Below, in pieces: positions 11,981 through 26,671 of a stretch of 64,000 nucleotides of DNA. The stretch's first letter is position 1, and every line of letters starts with the position of its first letter. The stretch is from Octopus sinensis (taxonomy: Eukaryota). Under the pieces are notes generated by a model. The model was not told where the DNA came from, searched no databases, and saw only the letters and a program-made list of their open reading frames with translations. The stretch covers positions 23,994,001 through 24,058,000 of the forward strand of contig NC_043014.1 of the NCBI RefSeq assembly GCF_006345805.1, written 5' to 3'. A program made the translations under genes and the position numbers.

Positions 11981-14900
11981 ATCATAATCATCATCGTTTA
12001 ACGTCTGCTTTCCATGCTAGCATGAGTTGGATGGTTTGACTGAGGACTGGCAAGCCAGGAGGCTGCACCAGGCTCCAATCTGATCTGGCAACGTTTCTAC
12101 AGCTGGATGCCCTTCCTAATGCCAACCACTACAAGAGTGTCATGGGTGTTTTTTACATGCCACCAGCATGGGAGCCAGTCAGGTGACACTGGCATTGGTC
12201 ACATTCGAATGGTGCTTTATACGTGTCACTGGCAGTGGCATCAACCACACTCAAATGGAGCACGGGGGCCAGTTAGGTGGCACTGGCATTGACCACGCTC
12301 GAATGATGCTTTTTATGTGCCACCAGTACAGGAGCCAGTCAGGCGGCACTGGCATCAACCATCCTCGAATGGAGCTTTTTATGTGCCACCAGCATGGGTG
12401 CCAGTCAGGTGACACTGGCATTGGTCACGCTTGAACAGTGCTTTTTACATGCCACTGGCACGAGTACCAGTCGAGCAGAACTGGCATCAGCCACAACTAG
12501 GATTTCACTTGGCTCAACAGGTCTTCTCAAGCACAGTGGGTACTTTTAAACAGGCCAGTTATGTGATACTGGCATCAGTCACGATCTCACTTGGCTTTCT
12601 GGGTCTTCTCAAGCACAGCGTATCTCCACAGGTTTCAGTTGTCTGTCATTGCCTCTATGAGGCCCAACATTCAAAGGTCATGCTTCACCACCTCGTCCCA
12701 TATCTTCCTGGATCTACCTCATCCACAGGTTCCCTTCACACAGCTATCCGCATCCGCACGCAACACATGACCATACAAGTCTCTCTTACATACCACATCT
12801 GATGCTTCTTATGTCCAACTTTTCTCTCAGGGTGCTTACACTCTGTCCAGCAAAGTATACTAGCTTCATTTCTTTCAAGCCTATGTATGTCCTCAGCAGT
12901 CACAGCCCATGTTCCACTGCCATGTAGCATGGCTGTTTGCACACAAGTATCATTCAGTCTACCTTTCACTCTGGGCAAGAGGCCCTTTGTTACCAGCAGA
13001 GGTGAGCGCTCTCTGAACTTTGCCCAGGTTATTCTTATTCTAGCAGCTGTGCACTCAGAGCATCCACCCTTGCTACTGACTTGGTCACCTAGGTAACTAC
13101 TTCTTGTTTTTTTCTCCCTGGCATGTAATGGAATCTATTTTCTGTACATGTTCCCAATTAAGCTTCCTTTGATATTGCTCTACTTGTTGTGTCCATAGCT
13201 TATACCAGGTACATCTTATGGAGTTTCTATGTACACCTTTTCTACAGATCGAGCAGCACCATCTACCTGAAGGGATTTGTGATTTGTCTACCTTCCTATT
13301 TACTAAGACTTTGGTTTTTGCTAGATTGATTCTAAGGCCCTTTTGATTCTAGACCTTGCTTCCACACTTTCTTCTCTAGTTCTGGTAATAACTCAGCTAT
13401 TAGAACAAGATCATCAGCATAAGGAGCTCCCAGAGGCAGCCTGTTTTGAATTCCTCTGTTATTGCCTGGAGGACTGATCCTTAGTGAACCCCTACTTCTA
13501 CCCTGAATTCTTCACTATACTCATTGCCAATCCTCACCTTACTGACAGTGTCCATGTATATGGCTTGTACAGCTCTCACCAACCACTCATCTATCCTTAG
13601 TGTCCACATTGACCATTAGATAAGGGATCAGGACACTCTGTCAAAGGTTCTTTCCATGTCAACGAAAGTCAAGTACAGAGGTTTATCTTTGGCTTGGAAT
13701 TTCTCTTGCAGCTGTCTTACCAGAAATATAACATCAGTGGTGCTTCTCCCTGGCACAAACTGAAACTGCATCTCATCTAAACTAACTCTCTCCCTAATTA
13801 GCTGGGCTATGAACCTCTCCGTGACTTTCATCACCTGCTTCAACAATTTGATACCTTTGTAATTATTCCTATCTAATGTGTCACCTTTACCTTTATAGCA
13901 GTTGACTATGGTGCTGCTACACCAGTTATTGGGTATGACTCCTTCATGTATCACCTGGTTGACTATACAGATGACTAGACTATAGCCTACACTGTCAGAT
14001 ATTTTAAGTAGCTCGGTAGTGATTCCTAATGGGCTGGGGGATTTACCCGTCTTCATATCCTTAATTCTTTTATCTACCAAGGTACTGCCAATTCGAATAG
14101 CTGGTCCTTCTGTTGGGTTGACATTTGACAGACTCTCTTTCTCCCGTTCATTCTCTTCATTTAGCAACCTTTCATAGTAGCATCTCCAAGTCTCTATCTT
14201 TGCAGTATCATTAAATGCAAGTGAGCCATCATCCATGCTGATATATTCTCTCTCACACACTATCTTGCAATATGAAACACTTCAAGACTTTGGTCCTCAC
14301 GACACAGAACATTGGCTAATTTTTTCTTATCTGCTTCCCCTCTGGCTAAATAAACCTGTCGCCTAGCCTCCTTTCTGGTGATCTGATACAGTTTCCTGCT
14401 ACCACCACACTTCCAGTCAGTCCATGCCTGTTTCTTTTCCCTAATGGCCCTGTCAACATTATTCCACCACCACATTACCTTAGGTCAAGTGGGGACTTTG
14501 CACCAGCCACAAATATGGTCAGTAGTCCTCAACAGATTGTCCCATAGGAACTTCCAGTTGTTCTCCAATTTGTGTGATGCTATATCCTCTTTTTCATCAA
14601 AAGCTTCAAGTAATACGTCTCTATATCTCTATCCATTCAGAGGATCCTTAAGCTTCCAGACCCTTCTTTTCCATACTGGTCGTCTTCTGGACATTTAGCC
14701 TTGATCCTGAAGTCGCTAACTCCTAACCCAAGTTGAGTGCATTCTTCACCTGGGAAAGTTTTGGCATTTATAAGTAGCCATATTTCCCATTTACTGGTGA
14801 GAATGTAGTCAATTTGACTAGTGTGCCCACCAGACTGGTAGGGGAACAGGTAACTGGCAGGTTTCCTAAGTTCGCTGCAAACATTTTTGCCACAGAAAAA

Positions 14901-16430
14901 TTCGCCTCAGGATTTTGGGCCATAGAAAGTTCACCGCAAAACAAAAGATAAGTTGCTTCCCTTGGTATATAATTGTTTCAACCAATAAGAAGGGGTAAAG
15001 CAATTTCTTAACTTATTTAAAATTTCTTTATTCATTCAACAATATCTTTTGATGTAGCCAACCCATTACAATGGTCTATCAAGCAGGAACTAGCAGAGGC
15101 GGTGTGAAATTAGTTGATGATCTTCACTTTGGTTATAGTATGAACAGAAAATATGATGAAAAAACCTATTGGAAATGTGAAAATAGAGAATGTAAAGAGT
15201 GCATACCATGCTGGAAAATGATAATTTATTTCTATGTAAAACATTCGGCGAGCATTGCCATCCTTCTTAGCCATCAAAACCAAAAGTTTACATTGTAAAA
15301 ACAAAATTGAAATCACTAGCCACTGATTCACAAACTTCTGCATGGTCATTAATTGCAGAAATTTCATCTAGTTTAGATGGTAACGCATTCTCACTGATAC
15401 CAACTTCATCGCATTTGTCTTGCAATATTAGAGGTTGGAGGCAAAATTTTTATTAAAACAAAACACATGGGTGAATTGAATCTCATGGTGTGAAGAATCA
15501 ACACAACACATATGGGTGAAGTAAAACATAACACAACATGCAGCTGTCATGGTAACAAGCTTTTAATGCCTTGCTGTCCGTTGATTGGCTAAAAGTACCT
15601 AAATTTTCCCAAATTTAATTCCAAATAACATCAGATTCTTTAATTTACAATACACCACAATTGAAAACAATCTGAGCAAAATTAAAGGGGGATAATTTTG
15701 CGAATGAACTTGCAATAAAAGATTGCTTTAATCCTTCTTATTGGTTGAAACAATTATATACCAACAGGGTAACTCATCATTTGTCTTGCGGCGAACTTTC
15801 TTACAGCCCAAAATCCTGAGGTAAATTTTCCTGCGGCAAAAATGTTTGCAGCAAACTTTCTTAGAACCCATAAGATTATTTGTATCACAGAACTCCAGTT
15901 CCCTCCTCATTGCGGGAACCAAATCTGTTGCCACCATGTACACCATAGAAACTCCCTGGATGTTGTCTAACATTCCCATTGAAGTTGCCAGTCACAAAGT
16001 GAAGGTCCCTGTCATTCGTCGACAAGGTAGTCTACAAGAGGGTATCATAAAATTGGTCTTTCTGTTCATCAGGTAGCCCTGGCAAAGGAGCATAAGCCGA
16101 GATAATGGCTGCTAATCCATGTTGCAGCACTAGTCTAAGTTTAAGTATTCTATCACTAACTCTGACTACCTCGATTACCTTATCAATCCATTTCTCTGCA
16201 AGGAGTATACACACATCTCCCACCCCATCAGTGTTCCCAGAAAATCTTATACCTATGTTCTTTACTTGTGAGGAACCAAGCAGAACTTCCTCTCTACCTT
16301 ACTTCTTTGATGCAGCACAAATCTACACATCTCCATTCAAGCATTTTAACATTCTCACCAGACCTACCTTTCAATGTGCCAACATTAAGTGTGCCAACTC
16401 AGAGGGTGCAGAAGGTGTGTGGGCTGGCGA
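11981..16430 (-). mobile_element. RTE-clade LINE, near full-length ORF but degraded, interrupted by a MULE element
   Basis: From APE start (VGTLNVGTLKGR) through RT (ORF 13628..14260) to repetitive 3' UTR and (GAT)n tail; colinear with 36060-39541. Confidence 0.92.
14860..15869 (+). mobile_element. Non-autonomous Mutator-like (Phantom-type) element with FLYWCH remnant
   Basis: ~85-bp sub-repeated TIRs (ttcgctgcaaacatttttgcc...ctcaggattttgggc); ORF 15071 SRGGVKLVDD...YWKCENREC is FLYWCH-like; splits RTE APE coding sequence; TSD not clear. Confidence 0.75.
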
Positions 16431-17002
16431 AACTCTGGGATGGGGGACAACAGTATTCAAAGGTAAAAAATTTTTTTTTAAATAAATCAACATCAATAGT
16501 AGTAGTAGTAGTCACAGGAGAAAATCTAGTATAAGAAAAAAATGGACATTGTGTATAGATTCACACATATAGCAATGCATCATTATCATCATATTCATTG
16601 TCTAAATGTCCACTTTTCCATGCATGGATAAGATGAATTTCATTGTAACAGATTTTCTATAAATGTCAAAAACATATTTTTTAAATAATTTAACATCAAT
16701 TATTCTTTCTTGGCCTGAAATTTTGGTGGATGGGGTTAGTCGATTACATCGATCCCCACAAGTAGACTGATATCTATTTTATTGACTCTGAAAGAATGAA
16801 AAACAAAATCAACCCCATGAGAAAATCTGGTGTTATAAGAAACATGACATTGTATGTTTGACATTTATACATACTGCTGTACAAAGAACCATGCATTGAT
16901 ACATGTTCTTGCAGCCATGCACACGCACACATAAGTATATCAAATATTCAAACCTATACATCTATGTGTATATACACATATATATATATATACACACACA
17001 CC

Positions 17003-18615
17003 TCATCATCATCATCATTTAACATTTGTTTTCTTGTTTTCCATGCTGGCATGGGTTGGATGGTTTGACAGGAGCTGGCAAACTGGAGAGCTGCACCAAG
17101 ATCCAATTGTCTGTTTTGGCATGGTTGCTACAGTTGGATGCCCTTCCTAACATCAATCACTTTACAGAGTGTAGTGAGTGCTTTTTATGTGACACCAGCA
17201 CAGATGATTTTTATGTGGCATCAGCATTAGGGAGGTCACTGAGTAACTTGCAAGACAAAGATCTTTTGAGAGTGGGGTGGTATTGAAAGAGGTGGCTTTG
17301 TGAGGATGAGAATATAAACGGGATGGTAGAAGATTGCCTAGGGTGCATGAGTAAGGAGGACAGGATTGGGTTGTAGAAGAGATGAGGATAGAACAGGAAA
17401 AAGAGATGTGAGGAAGAGAAGTAGTTTGGTTTATTGGAGTACGGTGTGTGAAAAATTTAAAGTAACATGTAGGTGGAACACACCACTTTCAGAACTGCTT
17501 CACTGAGGTGGATGGGTGTTCTCAAGAACTTGATATTGCCAGACATCTTGGTTCACTGTCATCTCCTTCATGAGGCCTAACATCTTGAAAATGGCCCTCA
17601 CTACCTTATCCCACATCTTCCTGCGACTCTCCCTCTTCCACAGGTGCCATCCACTTTAAATGAATGACACTTCTTTAATCTTTTCTCTTGCATGCTGCAT
17701 CTGATTCCTCTTATGCTCAATTTTTCTCTCAGCACATTTACATTTTGTTGCACATGCACATTGATGTTGGATATCCATTGAAGCATACTAGCTACATTAC
17801 TGAGTAATCTGCACATGTCTTCTGCATTCAGAGCCCATGTTTTACTACCATGGAGGATAGCCATTTGTACACAAGCGTCATATAATCTGCTCCTCATTCT
17901 GAGAGATAATCCTTTTTTTTGCCAACAGATGTAATAGCTTTCTGAACTTTTTCCAGCTTGTTCTTATTCTAGCAACAATACTTTCAGAACATCCCCCACC
18001 ACTAATTTGCTCACCTATTTACAAACCTAAGGGAGCCTCCTGGGTGCTTGAGTCTAATTCCCATGAGTCCTTAGAGCTTATTGTTCCTGTGCATCTGCCA
18101 CATACTAGGACAATTTTTTTCTGTTAACCAATCTGTGATTCCACTGCACATCTTATATATTCATAGCTTGCACTGGGTGCATCAAAAGGAATTTTTTCCA
18201 ACACTTCCCCTACATAGTAAGCAGGGCCATTTACCTGACAGAAAGTGAATCTTATCTACTTTCTTGCTAACAACAACCTTAGTCTTCGCTAGGTTAATTT
18301 TAAGGCATCTTAAATTTCCATTTCTGCTATAAGAGCAAGGTCATCAGCATGAACAGCCAGTTTAAATTCCTTCATTATGGCCTGGAGGATTAAGATGAAT
18401 AAAAGTGGACTGAGAACTGAACTCTCATGATCCCCACTTGTACACTGAATACATTGTTGTACTCATGAAGACTCTCACCCTACTGACAGCACTGCTATAC
18501 ATAGCTGGTACAGCTCTAACAAGCCACTCATTTACTCCTAACTTCCTTAGAGACCACTAGATAACAGAGCAAGGGATTCTGCCAAAAACTTTCTCTAGGT
18601 CAACAAAAACCATGT
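17003..18615 (-). mobile_element. RTE LINE 3' half, degraded
   Basis: (GAT)n tail, shared 3' terminus, RLYDACV...LHGS.TW ORF remnant. Confidence 0.88.
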
Positions 18616-18616
18616 A

Positions 18617-19550
18617 CAGGGTGGGACAGAGAGGATGGACGTTTTTGAAAATTCACAAAATCATTAACTTTAGCTGCAAACAAATTTTATAGACATCTAT
18701 CTGTTTGCACTGAATTAACATTTGTCAAAACCAAGTATGGAAAACATCTATCATGTGGTGTCCATTTTCATCGATGTATTTCTGGAGGCATTCTTGGAAG
18801 TTGGTCTCCACTCTCTCCAGCATTGCTCTGTCAATTTGGGTGACTTCCATACAAATAGCTTCCTTCAAATCATCCAATGTACAGGGTTTATATCCATACA
18901 CATGTCCCTTGAGGTTTCCCCACAAGAAATAATTACATGGACAAATCAGGGGACCGAGGGAGCCAAAGAATGTCAGCAAACCTGGAAATGAGGTGGTCAC
19001 TAAAGAACATCCATTGATGCTCTGGCTGTGAGGGCCATTGCCCATCCAACGGAAACCACACACATCGAATAGGCATACGTTTTCATCGTAATTCAGGTAC
19101 AAAGAAGTTGTTTATCATCTTGATGTAATGCTCAAAGTTCACAGTAACGGCATTCCCATTACTGTCTTCAAAAAAGTAAGGACCAATGATGGCAACTTTT
19201 CCAACAGCACACCAGACCATCAGTTTTGGGCTTTGCAGTGGTCTTTCGCACAGTTCTCTCAGATTTTCAAGAGCCTGATAACAGTTCTGTTGATTTACCA
19301 TGCCATTGAGATGAAAATGAGCTTCATCACTCATTAACAAAATGAGGTAGTCATTTGCCTCAAAAATTGCTCCATCTGACATGTGAAGTTAAGCCATTGT
19401 GCATAATCCCATGATTTCAACTGTTGCCCACTGACCAATTTACACGGGTGGAAATGCAGGTTTACATGTAAAATACGCCTTATCGATTGATTATTGATGT
19501 CAAGTTCAGTGGAATGCCTCTGAGCAGAGAGATTCGGACACTGTATCAAA
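18617..19550 (-). mobile_element. Tc1/Tc3-like DDE transposase remnant
   Basis: TA|CAGGGTG terminus; SDEAHFHLNG.VN.QN, IGPYFFE, C.YFLWG.LK motifs. Confidence 0.85.
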
Positions 19551-19950
19551 GCTTGTATTTATATTTGTGTCTGTGTTTGTGTCCCACAACTTAGATCAAT
19601 CAGACTTAAAAAAATAGGATCCATGGAAATTCTGCGGAACAGAAAAAATTAAGAGGAGCTATTTAAGAAAGAAAGGATGATTTGCATTTTTAGAATAGAA
19701 GTCAACACTGATAGAGATTTGAATTCAGAAAAAAGAAATACTGTAAGGTATTTTGTCAGACATTCTGCTACTCTTCATTGCTTAAATAATTTATAAAAAA
19801 GTATAACATATGCATGCATACCATTTCATGTAAAGCCAAAGAAAACTGGCAGTGGTTGAATATCTTTCTTCCCAGAAACATGAAATTCTTCTCATCAGGG
19901 TATATGAATTTAACCAAACTCATGAAGTGTACAGGTTTAAAACCACTTAC

Positions 19951-20155
19951 TTGTAAGGCCTTTCTCCTGTGTGACTTCTCATATGAACTTTCAATGATTT
20001 TTTCTCTGTAAAACGTTTCTTGCACTCCAGACATTCAAATGGCTTCTCTCCAGAATGAGTTTTCTCATGTCGTAATTTGTTGCCATTGGTTGTAAACCCT
20101 CGGCCACAGGTAGAACAAGTGAAAGGTTTCTCTCCACTATGTCGGCGACGATGAA
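19951..20155 (-). CDS. C2H2 zinc-finger gene exon 3 (end of finger 1, fingers 2-3)
   Basis: tttag|TT CAT CGT completes [12 protein letters not shown]; SGEKPF/TGERPY linkers; donor TAC AA|GTAAGT (phase 2). Confidence 0.95.
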
Positions 20156-21299
20156 CTAAAAATAAGTTAAACAAAAGACTAAAGAGAATCAATTTTCATC
20201 AACAATTGAGGGACAAGGTAGCTGGTGAATGAAGATGATCAACTTGCACTCATCAGCTTTGAAAGCCAAGCACTTCAAGTTAAGGTTTTATGAACTTGGC
20301 TTGACATCACGGCACAGGTGGGGTTATGCATCTCTGACAAAGACTAACCACAAGTAGTCCACTTCACTTAGCTGTAAAAGATACCACCAAAAACAGCAGT
20401 ATTGAATAAGTGACAAATGTGCTAGTTCATAGTGATGAATCCAGATATTCTACAGGGTGTGACCTTGAGGGGTTTAGACTCAAATGACTGATTTGAACAA
20501 ATTACATTACACAGAGTCTTTAAGTGGTCCTCTTATAACATAACCAGTTATGGGTATCACGTTACTTAAATCTAATGCCTACAAGTTGTTAGCTATATTT
20601 CAGCCCCATCTGAGCTCATCCAATGCATTTTGTCTTCTGTTTCTTGCCATTAATATTTTTTTCCTATCCCTAAACATGCACCAAACATTACATGAAAATC
20701 TGTCGTTCCAAAGATACCAATACTGTATAGAATTGGCTTCTCTTCTATTTTGACATTATAAACCCACTTTAACTGCTTTCATTTCATTCACCCCATTGTG
20801 TATGAGTACTGATGTTCCTCTCGGGACACAGCAATAAAAATATCCCTGAAAGCAAGGACAAAACCATCTGCTCCTTCACACAAACATGCATATTTGCATT
20901 CAATTTCTAAGTTATAGGACGGGAAGTCCTATAACATACTGCATCATAGGCACCTCTAATGATTATTGTTCATTCATAGATCTTGCAGCAAGTCAGCTTA
21001 GTAGAACATACCCAAAGAAGTTAAACTTAACATTATAAGTAATAAATGTAGTTGCTGTAGCACTCAATTCTAGAGAGCTACAACAGCCTAGAATTTTGTG
21101 TCATTCCTACTCTGGGTATTATGGATCAGGACATTTGAAAATTAAGTATCTTAGCTAAGTGCCAGTGCAAGGATTTGAAATATGAAGCTCTTATACTATC
21201 AACTCAGCCATCTACACAATTAACTTCTGATATAATAATTTAACATTGGAATTATACTAGTAAAAACAGGAAAACATCAGCGCACTTCATTCCCTATAT

Positions 21300-22130
21300 C
21301 ATTATTTAATGTTTGTTTTCTATGCTGGCATGAGTCTGATGGTGTGTTGGGATCTGGCAAGCTGCAGGGCTGTGTTAAGCTCCAGTGTTAGCTTTGGTAT
21401 GGTTTCTACATCTTTTCTTAATGCCAACCACTTTTTTTTGTGCCATCGGCACTAATGAAGTCACTAAGTAATTTGCAAAACAGTAAAAAAAAAAAAAACA
21501 GGAAAAAGGAGAAAGTCCTAAGTGGGACAGGGAGTATTTGAGAGCGGGAGGTGGCTTTATGCCAGGGGTTGAAAGGCTTAAATATGATAGAGGGTCAAGC
21601 ATAGGTGTTTGCTACAGAGGAAATACATGGCTACCCAACATTACATATAGGTGGGTAGAAGTAGCTAGGAAGAAGATAATATGGTAATGATAAGGCACCA
21701 GAGCAAACTCTCAAGGTACAAGAAGGTGAGCAAAAGTGAAGATATGGACAGTGGATTGTGAACAAGAAGAGGAAAGGATGGGTAGTTTCATAAGGGTGTG
21801 AAGGGAGAGTAAATAATTAGAAATAGGGTTATAAATGAATATAGTGAGTGATAAACAAAGATGGAGGTGCAACTTGATGGAAAATATCAGTATGGAGAGG
21901 GAGTAAGGCAAGAGAGATAGAAGAGGATATGTCAGAAGGTAGGAGGAGGATGTTGAAGGTGTTGAGAGGGAGATGTAAGAGTACATAAGGGTGACTGTAG
22001 TGAGTGGGATGTGATGGCGGATATGAGTGGGTATTGAGAATGACAGCAGATATATGAGGTGTTAAGATGGAGTATGATAGAGATAACTGAAGATAGAGAG
22101 AGGTAAGTTCAAAGTAAGGGTAGACAATGT
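21300..22130 (-). mobile_element. RTE 3' terminus plus pyrimidine-rich UTR fragment
   Basis: tttaatgtttgttttctatgctggcatg terminus shared with other copies; GA-rich plus strand. Confidence 0.65.
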
Positions 22131-22714
22131 AGTCTTAAATATCCAAAAAAAAAGAATAGGTCAGAATTGGAAAATTTTTGATTATAAATCTCTCAGTCAG
22201 AGTTGAGCTGGAGATAAACAATACAACATTAACAATGAGCCAACAAGAAATAGCAACCAAATCTTATCTTAAATTAGAAAAGGACATTAAATAATCTTTC
22301 ATATCTAAGTCAAAATGGTTATACCTTGAGCAACTCAAAAATCTGCTTAATCAGGACTGACCTGGTGGTAAACAACAACTACACATGTGCATGTTCTTGT
22401 CAGTAATTATACAATTCTCATTTCTCTTATTTGTACATTCAACATTTGCCTTGCAGATTTATATGACTTCTCTATTTGAACATCTTTCATACAGTTCTCT
22501 GTCATCACAAACCAGAAGTCAGTTCATATTCTATTGGCAAAGTCTACAAACATTTGGACCGGTATTCAATATAAAACTTGCTGCCTTGATGGCTAGCAGC
22601 CACAATGGAAGCAAATTAACAGCAAGATGGACAAAAGCTTCTGAAGGCGGTGTTTGTTTAGCTGCTAGGTCAGATTTGATCTAGTAAGCTATGAAGACAT
22701 TTGACATAAAATGT

Positions 22715-23140
22715 AATTGCATTTGACACCAGCATTCAACCATATTTGGCACATGAATCTCAAAGCAAAATTGCCTGCCTACAGGCTCTACCCCTTTCTT
22801 GGATCAATGACCTTTCAACAGATCATTGCATCATATTGTTTACTAACAGAGCTCTCCCTGATCCACATCATCAACTATGGCTTGCTCCAAAATTCTGTTT
22901 TGTTCTTATTAATAACCTACTTGTTGTCACTTCCAATAACAGTCATTCCTTTGCAGATGATACCACTCTTCATTCCTCCCTAACTTCCACCATTCGAGTG
23001 TCATCGACATGCAAATAGACACTTTGTACCAAACTTGTACTGATTCTATAAATAGAGACCTTGAAAGCATACTTCAATGGGGTCATGCTAATTTTGTCTC
23101 TTTCAACAACAAAAAGATCCAATCACTTTTCATACGAAAA
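22715..23140 (+). mobile_element. CR1/Jockey-group LINE RT remnant
   Basis: AFNHIWH.NL..KL, QNSVL, HSFADDTTL, INRDL.SILQWG..N.VSFN.KK. Confidence 0.75.
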
Positions 23141-23231
23141 CATATTATTGTAACTATTGTTATATTTGGAGATAGTCATTTTGCTGATAAACACACACAT
23201 TATTTATTTGGTCTTCACTTTAGCTTTATTA

Positions 23232-23746
23232 TTCATTATCATCGTCCACCTTATGCTAGCATGGGTGGGATGGTTTGACAGGAGCCAGCCAGGCAGAAGC
23301 CTGCAGCAGACTTCTGTGACTGTTTTGGCAGAATTTTTACAGCTGGATACCTTTCCTAACACCAACCACCCAGCAGAGGGGACTTAATGCTTTTTATGTG
23401 GCACAAGCACAGGCAAGGTTAGTTTTGGCAAGGTTTTTACAGCTGGATGCCTTTCCATATGCCAACTACTTTACAGTGTGGACTGGATGCATTTTAAGTG
23501 ACACCTGCACTGACAGGGTCACCAAGTAACTTGCAAGATAAAAATCTTGAGAGGGGAGGGGCATTGGAGATGATCTTGTGTCAGATGATAAAAGGTTACA
23601 GTGAGACAAAGAGATAGAAAAAGGTGTCTTGCTGTGGAAGAGGTACAAGGTTACTCGGCCAGAGAGAGAGATTGATCAGCAATGAAGACAGAAACATGTG
23701 TGCTGCCACAAAGGAGATACATGGTTACCCAATCAGAGGAAAGTGC

Positions 23747-23785
<39 letters not shown>

Positions 23786-25672
23786 AGACAGCAGGATAGA
23801 GATGGCAGCAAAGAGCCGGGCATACTAACAAGGGATGGGGATCAGAATATAAATGGGATGGTCAAGCAAAGGTAGAGAGAGATATGCCCTAGCACTGCCA
23901 GGGTATACCCTTGATGTTTGAAGTTCATAATATAAGTGGCAGGATATTGCCAAAGAAGTGTGAGTAGAGAGTGGGAAGGGGAAATGAGTGGTGAAAACCT
24001 GGGGATACAGAGAGGGAGGAAAGCTACTGGATAGCAATGATAAAGAGAAACAGGGTCCATGAAGACAGGATTGGGGAGTGAGAGGTTGGCATAGTTCATG
24101 AAGGATGAAATGTGAGGAAGAAAAGAGATGTAGAGATGTAGATTGGTTTGTTGAGGTAGGGTATGTGAAAAGTTTTCGTTACATGTAGGTGGGGCACACA
24201 CTGCTTCTAGAACTCAGTTTTGCTGACATGGGTAGGTCTTCTCAAAAACCTCATATTGCTAGACATCTCAGTCCACTGTCATTTCCTTCAGTGAGGCCCA
24301 ACATCCTGAGATCGGTCCTCACTACTTCATCCCACGTCACCAACCACTTTCAGTGATCAACACTTCTTTATGCAGCTGTCCTAATTCATATGCATCACAT
24401 GTCCAAACCAATGTAGTCTTCTCTCTTGCATGCTACATTTGATTCCTTTTATGCCCTACTTTTCTTTCAATACATTTGAACTTTGTTGTACATGCGCACT
24501 GATGTCACACACCCAAGGGTTTACACGTCTTCTGCATTCAGAGCCTATGTCTCACTACCAAGGAGTATAGCTGTTCGCACGCAAGCACCTTACAGTCTAC
24601 CTTTCACTGAGAGAGTCTTCCTCCACCCTATTCTTATTCTAGAAACAATACTTTCAGAGTATTCTCCACCATTACTAATTTGATCACCTAAGTAACAGAG
24701 ACTATCTACAATCTCAAGCAAGCCTCCTGAGCATTTGAGAGAATCTAAGTCCCATATGCTCTCAGTTCTAGAAGCACTGTGTGTCCCACACACATAACAA
24801 AAACTTTTCACACAACCTACCTCTCTACATCTGCCACATACAAAGACAACTTTATCTGTCAATCTACCTGTGATTCCACTGCATCTCTTATGTGTCCATA
24901 GTTTACAGAGTGTAGTGAATTGAATTTCTTCTAACTCCTTTCCTACATGGCCCTAAGCACTTTTAGAGATGGAATTAGAGTTTTATGTTCTTTCTTACTG
25001 ACAAAAACTTTGGTCTTTGCTAGGTTAACCTGTACCCTTTAGCATTTAAACTGGCCATATCCGGCCAGAAGTATTCTGCCTGTTTTATGTTCAAACTGGC
25101 CAGATCTGGTCTCTTACACCAACCCTACAATATCATTTTAAAAATTAACAGCTACCTCATCAAAATCTCATAGCTACAAGATAATGCATGATTAGTTCAA
25201 AACAATGTGGATAAAAAAAGCATTAATTTGGGCAGAGTAATGCGAACACTAAAGGGTTAAGGCTCTTTGATTTCAGGTTCTGTTTCTATACTTGGAATTT
25301 TTTCTCCAATTCTGTTAAAGATTCTGCAATAAGAGCAAGGTCATCAGCATGTAGCAGTTCCCATGACCATCCAGTTTTGAATTCCTCTGTTACGTTCTGG
25401 AGGATGATAATGAATAAGAATGGGCTGAGAACTGAGCCCCAGTGAATCCCTACTTGTACACTAAATTCATCATTGTATTCGTGGCTGACTCACCTTACTG
25501 ACAGCAGTACTGTACATAGCTTGTACAGTTCTAACAAACCACTCCTCTACTCCTAACTTCCTTATAGATCACCATATAACAGAGCAGGAAACTCTGTCAA
25601 AAGCTTTCTCCAGGTCAACAAATGCGAAGTACAATGGCTTACTTTTGGCCAAGTACTTTTCCTGCAGCTTGC
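23232..25672 (-). mobile_element. RTE LINE 3' half with long pyrimidine-rich 3' UTR
   Basis: Shared 3' terminus, YLGDQIS.GG..SES.V.RI, AFVDLEKAFDRV. Confidence 0.88.
25035..25256. mobile_element. piggyBac-type MITE inserted in an RTE copy
   Basis: CCCTTTAG...CTAAAGGG|TTAA termini; RTE sequence resumes on both sides. Confidence 0.85.
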
Positions 25673-26319
25673 ACATATTTTTCTCCGATTCCTTTTAGCC
25701 TTTCAAAAATTGTGTTGGTGTTTATCAGGATATGAATACAGGGATAGTAGCTGAGTTACTGGAAAGGTTCAATTATTACGTATCATCTGTTCAATGCAAA
25801 AACTGAAGCAGACATCTTAAAGTGGTGGTGTTAGCATATTGGTTGTAAAAATTCTGCAAGGAACCAGTTCAATGTAATTTCATGGTGCAGTGAGTACAAG
25901 AAGATGGCATCTCTGGTACTCTTCCCATTCATCAAACATTCTGTGACCTCTTCAATGATTATCTGTTCTTTGTGTTTCCCTTTTCTCTCTGGTCTTAACT
26001 CCTCTATTCCATCTTGTCTTTCTCTGGTATACCACAGGAAGATGGAACAGGGAGGACAATACCAGAGAGAAGAGATACAAAGAATAGATATTGAAGAGGT
26101 CACAGAATGTAAAGAACTGACAAATCAACTAATAATAATAATAATAATGATAATAATAAAGTGAAGATCAAAGCATATTTATCAGCCAATTGACTATCCC
26201 CAAATATAACAATATCTGTTTCAACACATGATTTCACATCAAGAATCTTGCAAAACAAATACATAAACGTGATTATTGTAACCACCCTGTTTAAACAGGA
26301 ACAACATGCAACTAGAATC

Positions 26320-26580
26320 CTCAATGTCTCTAAAAATGCTTAGACTCACCATCACTGAAGATGTCTCCTGGTGAACACAGGTCTTCAACTTGGTAAAGAT
26401 CACATCAAAGAGAGTAGCTTTCCTCTTTAGGAGGAACAGAAAATACTGTGGCCTTAAACAACAACTGTGAAACCTGCAATGGAGTACTGCTCTCATTTCA
26501 GGGTCAGTGCTGCAGTTGCATACATAAACATCTTAGACCACATGCAAAAGAAGTTCACTCAACTGATTGGTATGAAGTTA
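26320..26580 (+). mobile_element. CR1/Jockey-group LINE C-terminal remnant
   Basis: VKPAMEYCSH...ILDHMQKK resembles RPxLEYCSxxW...LDRIQ. Confidence 0.6.
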
Positions 26581-26671
26581 CATTTATTCTTCAACACATA
26601 TACAAATGTACCGAAAAAAGATAATCAGAACTTCAGCTTGTATCCTGCTTAAGTAAATATATCTTAAAGAT